From positions 32,001 through 96,000 of the forward strand of contig JANOQV010000105.1 of NCBI GenBank assembly GCA_031414955.1: 64,000 bases of DNA, in the 5' to 3' direction. Numbering within the stretch: the stretch's first letter is position 1; each line of letters starts with the position of its first letter. The notes beneath the pieces are model-generated. The model worked only from the letters and a program-made list of their open reading frames with translations, did not search any database and was not told where the DNA came from. This document shows, in pieces, positions 48,546-57,904 of the stretch. Source of the DNA: Pedosphaera sp. (GTDB lineage Bacteria; Verrucomicrobiota; Verrucomicrobiia; Limisphaerales; SIBH01). Made by a program: the position numbers and the translations under genes.

Positions 48546-51500
48546 ATGTTCACTCGATTGCTTGGCGTCATCAGCGCGTGCGTCTTGGTCTTTAATTTGC
48601 CGGCCCAGGAGGCGCCGGCGGCCAAGCCGGACACTTCACCACACGCGCCGAAAGCGTTGCCGCCGGAGGCCAAGTCCGCGCGGTCGCAGGCGATGGCGCC
48701 GCCGGCGGCGGGCGAGCGCATCGTGTTCATCGGCAACGGGCTGGCGGAGCGCGATGTGTATTACAGCCGCATGGAGACGGAGCTGCATCTGCTTTATCCG
48801 GCGCAGCAGCTCGTCGTGCGCAACATGGGGCGGCCGGGGGACACGCCGGGATTTCGTCCGCATCCGGCGCGGAAGTCGCAGTGGGCATTTCCGGGCGCGG
48901 AGAAGTTTCATCCGGAGTTGAAGCAGCACAACGGCATCGGCTTTTTCCCCACGCCGGATCAGTGGCTCACCCACCTGAAGGCGGACACCATCGTGGCGTT
49001 CTTCGGCTACAACGAGTCGTTCGACGGGCCGGCGCGCGTGGCGAATTACGAGGCGGAACTGGAAGCGTTCGTGAAGCACACGTTGAGCAAAGCTTACAAC
49101 GGCGTGGCCGCGCCGAGGCTGGTGCTGGTGTCGCCCATCGCGTTTGAGGATTTGTCGGCGAAGCGTGATTTGCCGAATGGCAAAACCGAGAATGCAAACC
49201 TCGCGCTCTACACCGCCGCGATGGAGAAGGTGGCGAAGCGGAACGGGCTGACGTTTGTGAATTTGTTCCAAGGCACGCTGGCGCGTTACGCGAACAAGAG
49301 TCTGCCGCCGCTCACCATCAACGGCTTCGCGCCGACCGAGGCGGGCTACACGGAGATCGGCGCGCTCCTCTACGACGGCATGTTCGGCAAACAGAAGCAC
49401 CAGTCGAAGGCCGACGCCGCGCTCGTGAATGCGGCCGTGAAGGAAAAGGATTTCTTCTGGAACAACGATTACAACCTCGTGAACGGCGTCCACTCGCACG
49501 GCCAGCGTTACGCGCCGTATGGCCCGCAGAATTATCCCGAGGAAGTCGCGAAGACGCGGGAGCTGATGGCGATTCGCGAAGCGCGGCTGCACGAAGTCGC
49601 GAAGGGCACCACGAAGAGTCTCGCCGTGGACGACTCGAAGACGCGCGTGCTGCCGCCGGTGCCGACGAATTTCAAGCGGCCCATCGAGTATCTCGACGGC
49701 AAGAAGGCCATTGAGAAAATCAAGATGATGAACGGCTATCAGGTCGAGCTGTTCGCGTCGGAGAAGGAATTTCCCGACATGAAGAATCCGGTGCAGATGT
49801 CCTTCGACGACAAGGGCCGGCTCTGGGTGGCGGTGATGCCGGCGTATCCGCATTACAAGCCGGGCGACGAGCGACCCGACGACAAGCTGCTCATCCTCGA
49901 AGACACGGACGGCGACGGGCGCGCGGACAAGCAGACCATCTTCGCGCGCGGGCTGCATCTGCCCATCGGCTTCGAGCTGGCGCCGGAGGGAGTTTATCTT
50001 TCGCAAGAGCCGAACCTCTGCCTGCTCGTTGATGACGACAAGGACGACAAGGCCGACCGCATGGAGATTCTCATGCACGGCTTCGACACGCACGACACGC
50101 ACCACGCCATCTCGGCCTACTGCGCAGACGCGAGCGGCGCGTTCTATCTGCTCGAAGGCCGCTTCCTGCACAGCCAGGTCGAGACGCCGTATGGCCCGCG
50201 CCGTTGCAACGACGGCGGAGCGTGGCGTTTCGATCCGAAGAACTTCCGCCTCGAACGCCACAACCAGGTGGACATCAACAATCCGTGGGGCTACTCGTTC
50301 GATTATTGGGAGCAGGATTATCTCTCGGATGCGTCGAGCGGTGAAAATTTCTGGTCGCTCCCGCTCTCCGCGAAAATGCCCTACGGCGTGGAGATCAAGA
50401 AGGTCGGCGAGTTCGCGCCGAAGCGTTCGCGGCCCACGTCCGGTGCGGAGTTTGTTTCCTCGCGGCATTTCCCCGATGAGGCGCAGGGCGACTTCATGAT
50501 TTGCAACAGCATCGGCTTCCTCGGCATCAGCATGCACGACGTGTGGGAAGACGGCTCCGGCTTCTCCGGCAAGGTCGCGGGCGATTTGCTCTCGTCGAGT
50601 GATCCGAATTTCCGTCCCGTGGATTTGGAGTTCGCGCCCGACGGCTCGCTCTACGTCGTGGACTGGCACAACGCGCTCATCGGCCACATGCAGCACAGCG
50701 CGCGCGACCCGAACCGCGACCACGATCACGGTCGCATCTATCGCATCACCTATCCGGGCCGCCCGCTCGTGAAGCCCGCGAAGGTGGATGGCGCGAGCGT
50801 GGCGGAACTGCTGGAGAACCTGAAGCTGCCCGAGTATCGCACGCGCTACCGCACGCGCCGCGAGTTGCGCAGCCATCCCGCCAGCGTCGTGATTCCCGCC
50901 GTGAAGGCGTGGGCCGCGAAGCTCGACAAAACCGATCCGAAGTATGAGCACCATCTTTGCGAGGCGCTCTGGGCAACGTGGGCGCAGAACAAGCCGGACG
51001 CCGGCCTGCTCAAGCGCTGCCTCCAGGCCAGCGCGCCGCAGGCCCGCGCCGCCGCCGTGCATGTGCTGCGTTTCTCCGCGCATCAGATTCCCAATTCCAC
51101 CGACCTCTTCCTGCAAGCCGCCCGCGACGGACATGGCCGTGTGCGCCTCGAAGCCATCGTCGCCGCGTCGTGGCTCGATAACGCCGACGGCGCGCGCATC
51201 GTGCTCGAAGCGATGAAAATGCCATTCGACAAATGGATGGGCCCGGTCACGAAACAGATTCTGGAAAACACCTTGAAGGACGACGTGGCCGCGCTGCAAA
51301 AAACTTCCGGCTTCACGCTGGCCGGCAATCTGAATGCGCAGGCCTATCTCGCCGGCACTTTCAAGTTCGCGCCTGCGCCGAAGACCGAGGAGGACAAAAC
51401 CTTTGGCCCGACCCGCGCGCTCACCGGCGATGATTTGAAGTCGTATCAACTGGGCCGCTCGATCTACTTGCGCGACGCGCATTGCACCACCTGCCACCAG

Positions 51501-51896
51501 CCGAACGGCGAGGGCATGACCGCCATGTATCCCACGCTGGCCAAGAGTGAGTGGCTGGTGGACGAGCAACGACTGATCAAGATCGTGCTGAAGGGGCTGT
51601 GGGGCCCGATGGAGATCCACGGCCAGAAATTTGATCCCACCAAGGGCGTGCCGCCGATGCCCGGCTTCGGCGGTTTCCTGAGCGACGAGGAAGTGGCGGG
51701 CACGATCAACTACGTGCGGCAATCCTTCGGCAACGATCTGCCGCTCGTCACCGCCGCGCAGATCGCGAAAGTTCGCGCCGCGACCAAAGACCGGGCGGAC
51801 TTCTACATGGTCGAGGAAATCATGAAGGAACATCCCCTGCCCGGCTGGGAAAAGTGGGAGAAGATGGCGAAGCCCACCCAGTCGGAATTTGAGTAA
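48546..51896 (+). CDS. PVC-type membrane-bound dehydrogenase-like protein: SGNH-like + beta-propeller + HEAT + cytochrome c
   Basis: IVFIGNGLAER, LEDTDGDGRADK, FRPVDLEFAPDGSLYVVDWHN, CTTCH. Confidence 0.85.
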   Translation: MFTRLLGVISACVLVFNLPAQEAPAAKPDTSPHAPKALPPEAKSARSQAMAPPAAGERIVFIGNGLAERDVYYSRMETELHLLYPAQQLVVRNMGRPGDTPGFRPHPARKSQWAFPGAEKFHPELKQHNGIGFFPTPDQWLTHLKADTIVAFFGYNESFDGPARVANYEAELEAFVKHTLSKAYNGVAAPRLVLVSPIAFEDLSAKRDLPNGKTENANLALYTAAMEKVAKRNGLTFVNLFQGTLARYANKSLPPLTINGFAPTEAGYTEIGALLYDGMFGKQKHQSKADAALVNAAVKEKDFFWNNDYNLVNGVHSHGQRYAPYGPQNYPEEVAKTRELMAIREARLHEVAKGTTKSLAVDDSKTRVLPPVPTNFKRPIEYLDGKKAIEKIKMMNGYQVELFASEKEFPDMKNPVQMSFDDKGRLWVAVMPAYPHYKPGDERPDDKLLILEDTDGDGRADKQTIFARGLHLPIGFELAPEGVYLSQEPNLCLLVDDDKDDKADRMEILMHGFDTHDTHHAISAYCADASGAFYLLEGRFLHSQVETPYGPRRCNDGGAWRFDPKNFRLERHNQVDINNPWGYSFDYWEQDYLSDASSGENFWSLPLSAKMPYGVEIKKVGEFAPKRSRPTSGAEFVSSRHFPDEAQGDFMICNSIGFLGISMHDVWEDGSGFSGKVAGDLLSSSDPNFRPVDLEFAPDGSLYVVDWHNALIGHMQHSARDPNRDHDHGRIYRITYPGRPLVKPAKVDGASVAELLENLKLPEYRTRYRTRRELRSHPASVVIPAVKAWAAKLDKTDPKYEHHLCEALWATWAQNKPDAGLLKRCLQASAPQARAAAVHVLRFSAHQIPNSTDLFLQAARDGHGRVRLEAIVAASWLDNADGARIVLEAMKMPFDKWMGPVTKQILENTLKDDVAALQKTSGFTLAGNLNAQAYLAGTFKFAPAPKTEEDKTFGPTRALTGDDLKSYQLGRSIYLRDAHCTTCHQPNGEGMTAMYPTLAKSEWLVDEQRLIKIVLKGLWGPMEIHGQKFDPTKGVPPMPGFGGFLSDEEVAGTINYVRQSFGNDLPLVTAAQIAKVRAATKDRADFYMVEEIMKEHPLPGWEKWEKMAKPTQSEFE

Positions 51897-51983
51897 GAAG
51901 CCATGCGGTAGAGGATGTTGGCGAATCGTAATCGCAACACGCCCACGCCAGAGGAGGCCGGCGGGGCGCAGGGTGATTTCCAA

Positions 51984-52742
51984 TCACCCGCCATGAAACT
52001 CGGCGCGAGCCACCGTCCAAACCACAACCCTGGCTGCGCCCGCTTGAAGCAGAAGTTTGGCGCACGCGCTGGTGGTCGCACCGGTGGTGAACACGTCATC
52101 GATGAGCACCAATCGCTTCCCCGCCAGCGAGGATGAACCGCGCAGGGCAAAGGCGCGGCGCATGTTGTCCGCACGCTGACTGCGGGAGAGGTGTGTCTGA
52201 CTCGGGGTCGGCACAACTCGCTGGAGCAGCCGGGACTCGACGGGCACGCCCAGAGCCGAACCGAGCCGAGCCGCCAACCGCTGGGCCTGATTGAATCCGC
52301 GCTCGCGTTCCTTGACCGGAAACAGGGGCACCGGCACCAGGCCATCACAAGGTTCACACTGAACCCAGGCCCGGGCCGCAGCGATGAAATACTCGGAGAG
52401 AAAATCCTCAAACCACATTTCACCCTGGTATTTGTAGCGATGAATGGACTCCAGCACGGGGCCGCGCGCGGCGACGGCGGAACGCGCCGCCGCGAAATGC
52501 AATTCCAACTCCCGACAGTTGGCACATTGAAAACTCGCGGTGATCTCACCCGCGAAAGGCAGCCCGCACCGGTCGCAGAAGGGCGGCTGAATCACGCGCA
52601 CCAGTTCGCGGCATCCGGCGCACACATAGCCGGCCCGGCGGTCGGCCGGACGGACTCGACACAACTGGCACACCTCCGGGTAGATGAAGCTCCAAGCAAC
52701 ATCCAGCCAGGGCACGAGCAGTTTTGGAACGCGGCGCCACAT
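51984..52742 (-). CDS. comF: ComF/GntX-family amidophosphoribosyltransferase-like protein
   Basis: Double zinc ribbon, VPVPL, RERGFNQA, LIDDVFTTGAT. Confidence 0.9.
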   Translation of the reverse strand: MWRRVPKLLVPWLDVAWSFIYPEVCQLCRVRPADRRAGYVCAGCRELVRVIQPPFCDRCGLPFAGEITASFQCANCRELELHFAAARSAVAARGPVLESIHRYKYQGEMWFEDFLSEYFIAAARAWVQCEPCDGLVPVPLFPVKERERGFNQAQRLAARLGSALGVPVESRLLQRVVPTPSQTHLSRSQRADNMRRAFALRGSSSLAGKRLVLIDDVFTTGATTSACAKLLLQAGAARVVVWTVARAEFHGG

Positions 52743-52857
52743 GGGATTTTTCCGATGGGTGATTGGTCTGCCAGGAACCGTAAAATTCCCGCCGCGTCCT
52801 GCCAAGCGATTATCTTTTGCCCGACCACGAGCCGCGTGGTACATATTCGCGCGCCCA

Positions 52858-53715
52858 ATGTCTCTGACCGAACAGCCTGAATTCAGCCCGGACGCCGCGC
52901 CGCCCCCGGGTTCGTTTGGGCGTTTTTATTTGCAGGAACTGATCAACTGCGGTGGCATGGCCGAGCTTTGGCTGGCCACGGATCAGCAGCACAAAACCTT
53001 CGCCCTGCGGCGTATGCGCAAGACCGGGCGGTTCGACTTCACGAGCAAGAAAAACTTCCTGCGCGGTTGTGACATCCTCTCGCGCATTCACAACCACGAG
53101 TTCGTCATCGGCTACCACGAACACGGCAAGATCGAGGGCACTCCGTATCTGCTCATGGAATACGTTGAGGGCGAAAACCTCAAAGTGCTTCAGAACCTCG
53201 CCGACGAATCCCTCGGCGATCACGTCGGCAACATCCTCCTCGACATGGCTCATGCGCTGGAACATGTCCACGACAGTGGCTTCATGCACCTCGACTTCAA
53301 GCCCGAGAACGTGATGGTAAGCCGCAATGTGAACGTGCGGCTGATTGATTTCGACCTGGCCCGGCCCATTCCCAAGGCACCGATCAAGCTCTCCAAGAAT
53401 CCTGGCACACCGAGCTACATGGCGCCCGAACAACTGCGCCGCGCCGGCATCGATCATCGCGTGGACCTCTTTGCCTTTGGCGTCACTGCGTATGAATTGC
53501 TCACCGGCAGCAAGCCCTTCCCCGGCGAGACGCCCGAGGATGTGTTGCGCCAGCAACTCGACATCCACTTCCTGGCGCCGCCGCGCGAAGTCAACCCCGG
53601 CATCCCCCCTGCCCTGGAGAAAACCATCCTCAAATGCCTGGAGCGCGATCCGAACAAGCGCCACCCCATCATGAACATGCTGGTGCTGGAGTTGCAGGCG
53701 GCGCTGTACGTTTGA
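52858..53715 (+). CDS. Stand-alone Ser/Thr kinase domain with non-canonical motifs
   Basis: GGMA, HLDFKPEN, GTPSYMAPEQ; ALRR in place of ALK and DFD in place of DFG. Confidence 0.85.
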   Translation: MSLTEQPEFSPDAAPPPGSFGRFYLQELINCGGMAELWLATDQQHKTFALRRMRKTGRFDFTSKKNFLRGCDILSRIHNHEFVIGYHEHGKIEGTPYLLMEYVEGENLKVLQNLADESLGDHVGNILLDMAHALEHVHDSGFMHLDFKPENVMVSRNVNVRLIDFDLARPIPKAPIKLSKNPGTPSYMAPEQLRRAGIDHRVDLFAFGVTAYELLTGSKPFPGETPEDVLRQQLDIHFLAPPREVNPGIPPALEKTILKCLERDPNKRHPIMNMLVLELQAALYV

Positions 53716-54110
53716 TCCGACCGCAAAGACCGGTGCGTGAAAATGGCGGCTTGCCTCCGAATGCGCCCTGGCCATTCCGCGATGGCGGACGAACCCAAGA
53801 GCAGGCTTTCGCACGGCTCAGGCAAAAGCGCTTGGATGGCGTGGGCGTTGGCCGGAGTCTCCAGTTTAAGCTCACTGGCCATCAGCCGGAACCGCCCGCT
53901 CGCTCAAATGCAGGTTTGCGCCCCGTCGCCAGAGTCAGCGAATTGCGTGCTTGCGAGTGTCGAGATTGTCCGTGTATGAATACGCTCGCTTGCGAGACAT
54001 CGCGCTGCACTTCATGACTGCAAACTGTGGCAAAAATTGGATCAGCCAGCAGTGCATCAGTCGCCAATGAGTGACGCAATGTCCGCTTTAAGAAGTTCAT
54101 TTTACTGGTT

Positions 54111-54197
54111 GCCGGCGTGGCGGAATTGGCAGACGCGCTAGACTCAAAATCTGGTTCCCTTACGGGAGTGTGGGTTCGACCCCCTCCGCCGGTACCA
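54111..54197 (+). tRNA. tRNA-Leu (CAA)
   Basis: GCCGGCG acceptor stem, GGAATTGGCAGAC D arm, anticodon arm CTAGA-CTCAAAA-TCTGG, long variable arm, GGTTCGAC, encoded CCA. Confidence 0.96.
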
Positions 54198-54328
54198 ATC
54201 AAAACAGACTGAATTCGCGGTTTCACTGACGGGTTACTGACAAAGTAACCCGGTCTATAGCAAGCCGAAGTTTCCCACGACCGTGAAGCTCATCGCTCAA
54301 GCTGCGCATCGAACCATTGCCCGATGCC

Positions 54329-54498
54329 GTGAAGCTTTCCTGGCAAGGGGGAGCAATGCGGCGCAGGTGTTGCAGCGTTCATTCGCCGTCCCGTCCGGCT
54401 GGCAGGATGTGTTTACGAATCCGGCGTCCGGGCCCGGTTTGTTTACAAATGCTGTGTCCGTAACCAACTCGTTCTACCGACTGCGCCTTGGACCGTAG
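54329..54498 (+). pseudogene. C-terminal remnant of a secreted protein
   Basis: KLSWQGG / frameshift / SNAAQVLQRS...W..V.TN...NSFYRLR resembles the C-terminal module of 11681-13996. Confidence 0.5.
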
Positions 54499-54616
54499 TT
54501 ATGTCGCTGCTCAAGCCTTGAAGCCAGCGGCGTCCGAGGCCCGGGCTCCCTGAGCGTGGCACGGAAAATTCCATGTTCATCCGCTTGCATCCGTGGTTAA
54601 AACTCCCGCGCCTTTT

Positions 54617-56098
54617 ATGGAATACGAATCCGTTATCGGGCTGGAGACACACGTCCAGCTCAAAACCAAGTCGAAGATGTGGTGCGGGTGCGCGAATGCG
54701 TTTGGCGCGGACCCAAACACTAACGTCTGCCCGGTCTGCCTCGGAATGCCGGGCGTGCTGCCGGTCGCAAACGACGAGGCCATGCGCCTGACCGTGCTCA
54801 CTGGCTATTTGCTGAATTGTGAGATCCCACGCTTCGCCAAGTTTGACCGCAAAAACTATTTCTATCCCGACGTGGCCAAGAATTATCAGGTCACCCAGTA
54901 CGACGCACCGAGCACGAAGAACGGCTTCGTGGAGTTTGAATTTAACGGCGGCATGTCACGGCTAAACATCACGCGCGCGCACCTCGAGGAAGACGTGGGC
55001 AAGAATTCTCACTTCGACCGCACCAGCGGCGTGGACTTCAACCGCGCCGGCGTGCCGCTGCTTGAAATTGTTTCCGAGCCGGAGTTGACCAGCGCAGACC
55101 AGGCTTACGCCTATCTCAACGCCCTCAAGGACATCCTCATCTACGGCGGCATCAGCGACTGCGACATGGAGAAGGGCATGGTGCGCTGCGACGTGAATAT
55201 CAGCGTGCGGCCCAAGGGGCAGAAGGAGCTGGGGGCCAAGATCGAGATCAAGAACATGAACAGCTTCAGCGGCGTGCGCCGCGCGGCGGAGTACGAGATC
55301 GCGCGCCAGATCGAAGTCGTGTCCAAGGGCGGCAAGCTCATGCAATCCACGCGCCGCTGGGATGACGTGGCGGGCCTCACCGAGGAAATGCGGACGAAGG
55401 AGAGCGCGCACGACTACCGCTACCTGCCCGAGCCGGATCTGATGCCGTTCAAGCCCACCGACGCCTGGCTGGCCCTAGTGAAGTCGCGCGTGGTGGAGTT
55501 GCCACTGGCCCGCAAGCAACGGTTCACCACCGCGTATCAGTTGCCGCCGCAGGACGCGCAGACCTTCGTGGATGACGTGCCGCTGGGGAATTATTTCGAG
55601 GACATCGCGAGACAGTCGAAGTCGCCGAAGGCCGTGGCGAACTGGGTCATCAACAACCTGCGGGCGAAGATCACCGAGGCGAACACCGCCGAGAGAACCG
55701 AGCAGGCGGCGGTGGGATTGGATGCGACGGAGATGACGCTGACCACGCTCGCGACGTTGGAGTTCAAACCCGAAGCCTTGCTCGAACTCGTCGCACTGGT
55801 GGAGAGCAAAGCCATCAGCAACTCCGCAGCGCAGCAGGTCTTCGCCGAGATGTTCGAGAGCGGCAAAGCCCCCGCTGTCATCGTGCAGGAAATGGGACTG
55901 GCCCAAGTCAGCGACACCGGTGCCATCGAGAAGTTTTGCGACGAGGCCATCGCGGCGAATCCCAATCCCGTCGCGGACTACAGGGCGGGCAAGGTGGCCG
56001 CGCTCAATTCGCTCAAGGGCCAGGTGATGAAACTGAGCAAGGGCAAGGCAAACCCGGCACTGGTCGGGGAGATTTTGGAACGGAAGTTGAAGGCCTAA
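54617..56098 (+). CDS. gatB: Asp/Glu-tRNA amidotransferase subunit B
   Basis: VIGLETHVQL, FDRKNYFYPD, HLEED, DFNRAGVPLLEIV, DYRY.PEPDL. Confidence 0.97.
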   Translation: MEYESVIGLETHVQLKTKSKMWCGCANAFGADPNTNVCPVCLGMPGVLPVANDEAMRLTVLTGYLLNCEIPRFAKFDRKNYFYPDVAKNYQVTQYDAPSTKNGFVEFEFNGGMSRLNITRAHLEEDVGKNSHFDRTSGVDFNRAGVPLLEIVSEPELTSADQAYAYLNALKDILIYGGISDCDMEKGMVRCDVNISVRPKGQKELGAKIEIKNMNSFSGVRRAAEYEIARQIEVVSKGGKLMQSTRRWDDVAGLTEEMRTKESAHDYRYLPEPDLMPFKPTDAWLALVKSRVVELPLARKQRFTTAYQLPPQDAQTFVDDVPLGNYFEDIARQSKSPKAVANWVINNLRAKITEANTAERTEQAAVGLDATEMTLTTLATLEFKPEALLELVALVESKAISNSAAQQVFAEMFESGKAPAVIVQEMGLAQVSDTGAIEKFCDEAIAANPNPVADYRAGKVAALNSLKGQVMKLSKGKANPALVGEILERKLKA

Positions 56099-56113
56099 CG
56101 GCCTCCCAAGAGT

Positions 56114-56956
56114 TCATGGGCCGCGCCGAACCTCGCTCGGAGCCACCCATCGCGCCAGGAAACGGCAGAGCATCAGCATCGCGCCCAGGGTGCAGACCAC
56201 GGCCGCCCCGGTCGGAAGATCAAGTTGGTATGAGAGTCCCAAGCCTCCCACGCTGGCCAGCGTGGCCGCCCCCCAGCCCAAGAGCAGCCGGCGACCTAGA
56301 GATCCGGCCAGATAAGTGGCGCAGGCGGCCGGCACGATGAGATACGAAAACACCAGCAGCACTCCGCCCACCTGCACAAAGCTGGTCACGATCAGGCCAA
56401 ACAGCGCGTAGAATAAAAAGTCCCAGAGCAAGATCTTGAAGCTGCGCTGCTCCAGATGATGCGTGTCAAAAGAAAGCGCGATAAACTGCCGGCGAAAAAT
56501 AAAATGCACCACAGCAATGACCGCGTAGAGACCAGCCGTCTTCCAAATACGCGGCCAGCTCACGGTGAGCAGGTCGCCGACGAGCGTCTTTTGCAATTCC
56601 TCCTTGCCGTGCGGACTCTTGCTCAACAACAGAATGCCGGCCGCCGCCGCGACCACGTAGATGATGCCGATGAGCGCCTCCTGCGGCACCTTCGCCCCGC
56701 GGCGCGGACGCGTAAACGTGAAGAGCAGCGCCCCCGCCAGGGTGAATCCGAGCGACCAGAAGAAGTTGTGGATGTCATCCGCCTCGTGGCCGAAGTAAAG
56801 GCAGACGCAGGTGCCGAGAATCGCCACCTGCGCCAGGGCCAGATCCACGAAGATGACTTCGCGCCGGATGATGTGCAGTCCGTAATAGACGAGGAGACCC
56901 GGCAGCAGCAGGCACGCGACGAGCGGCGCGAGCATCACCTGGAGCATTTCGTTCAT
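56114..56956 (-). CDS. Metal (Zn/Mn) ABC transporter permease
   Basis: REVIFVDLALAQVA, GVLLVFSYLIVPA, DLPTGAAVV. Confidence 0.88.
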   Translation of the reverse strand: MNEMLQVMLAPLVACLLLPGLLVYYGLHIIRREVIFVDLALAQVAILGTCVCLYFGHEADDIHNFFWSLGFTLAGALLFTFTRPRRGAKVPQEALIGIIYVVAAAAGILLLSKSPHGKEELQKTLVGDLLTVSWPRIWKTAGLYAVIAVVHFIFRRQFIALSFDTHHLEQRSFKILLWDFLFYALFGLIVTSFVQVGGVLLVFSYLIVPAACATYLAGSLGRRLLLGWGAATLASVGGLGLSYQLDLPTGAAVVCTLGAMLMLCRFLARWVAPSEVRRGP

Positions 56957-56986
56957 GGAGAAATTTGGGTTGGAGTTTTGGGCAAA

Positions 56987-57892
56987 CTATTTTTCCGCCA
57001 GCGCAGCCGCGAGCGAGTTGACCAGGTAATCCATCATCTGGAGATAGCCGCCTTCGGTGCCCTTCTGGCCGCCGGGAAACTGCGTGACTGGCACCACCGT
57101 GGCTCCCGTGGCCTTGGCCACCGTGTCCGCCGTCTTTCGATCCAGAAAGGGGTCGTGAAGAATGGCGCGCACTTTTTGCTCCTTCATTTTGGAGATCACG
57201 CCCGCCAGATGCGCGGGTGAAGGCGGAATGCCGGGCTTGGGCTCCAGGAAGAGATTCATCTCCAACTCAAACCGCCGGGCGAAGTACGGCCAGGAATTGT
57301 GATAAGCGACCACCTTGGCGCCCTTGAAGGGAGCGAGTTTCGCCCGCCAATGGGCCAGCTTTTCCTCAAGCTGGGCGGTGAACCTGGTCTCGTTGGCGCG
57401 GTACTTGTGCGCCGAACCTGTGTCCAGTCGGGCGAAGGCCTCGGCGATGTTGTGGGCTACGATCCTGGCGTTCTCGGGATCGACCAGGTAGTGCGGATTG
57501 CCCGCCGCGTGAATGTCGCCCTTGGCCCGATCCAGACTGGCCGGCACCTCCAGCATGTTCACGCCGCCGCGGCAACGAACATCGCCCGGCGCGCCGGGGG
57601 CAATTCTCGGGTTGCGCGTTCCGGCCACCAGCGCGGGCAGCCAGCCATTCTCCAGCTCTGCCCCGCCCTGCAACAACGCATCCGCCTTGTTCAACCTCAC
57701 GATGAAGCTCGGCTTGGCATCGATGAAGTGCGCGTCCTCGCTGGGACGCGCCAGGGCGGTGACCTCGACGTCCGGCCCGCCGATCTCCTGCGCGAGCGCC
57801 GCCAGATCCGGCGTGCTGGCCACGACGTTCAACTTGGCCTGCGCACTCGCCGTGACGGCCAGCGCCAAAAAAGTTGTCCAAAATGTTTTCAT
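56987..57892 (-). CDS. Metal ABC transporter substrate-binding protein (ZnuA-like)
   Basis: EDAHF, GAELE, GDIHAAGNPHYLVDP, AYHNSWPYF, EPKPGIPPSPAH. Confidence 0.92.
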   Translation of the reverse strand: MKTFWTTFLALAVTASAQAKLNVVASTPDLAALAQEIGGPDVEVTALARPSEDAHFIDAKPSFIVRLNKADALLQGGAELENGWLPALVAGTRNPRIAPGAPGDVRCRGGVNMLEVPASLDRAKGDIHAAGNPHYLVDPENARIVAHNIAEAFARLDTGSAHKYRANETRFTAQLEEKLAHWRAKLAPFKGAKVVAYHNSWPYFARRFELEMNLFLEPKPGIPPSPAHLAGVISKMKEQKVRAILHDPFLDRKTADTVAKATGATVVPVTQFPGGQKGTEGGYLQMMDYLVNSLAAALAEK

Positions 57893-57904
57893 GGTCGTGC
57901 CTCT

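Noticed and set aside
48636..51983. Very long antisense ORFs (also 35930-37510, 41183-42925, 31468-33051)
   Set aside because: Shadow frames of high-GC coding genes; the opposite strand carries the recognisable motifs
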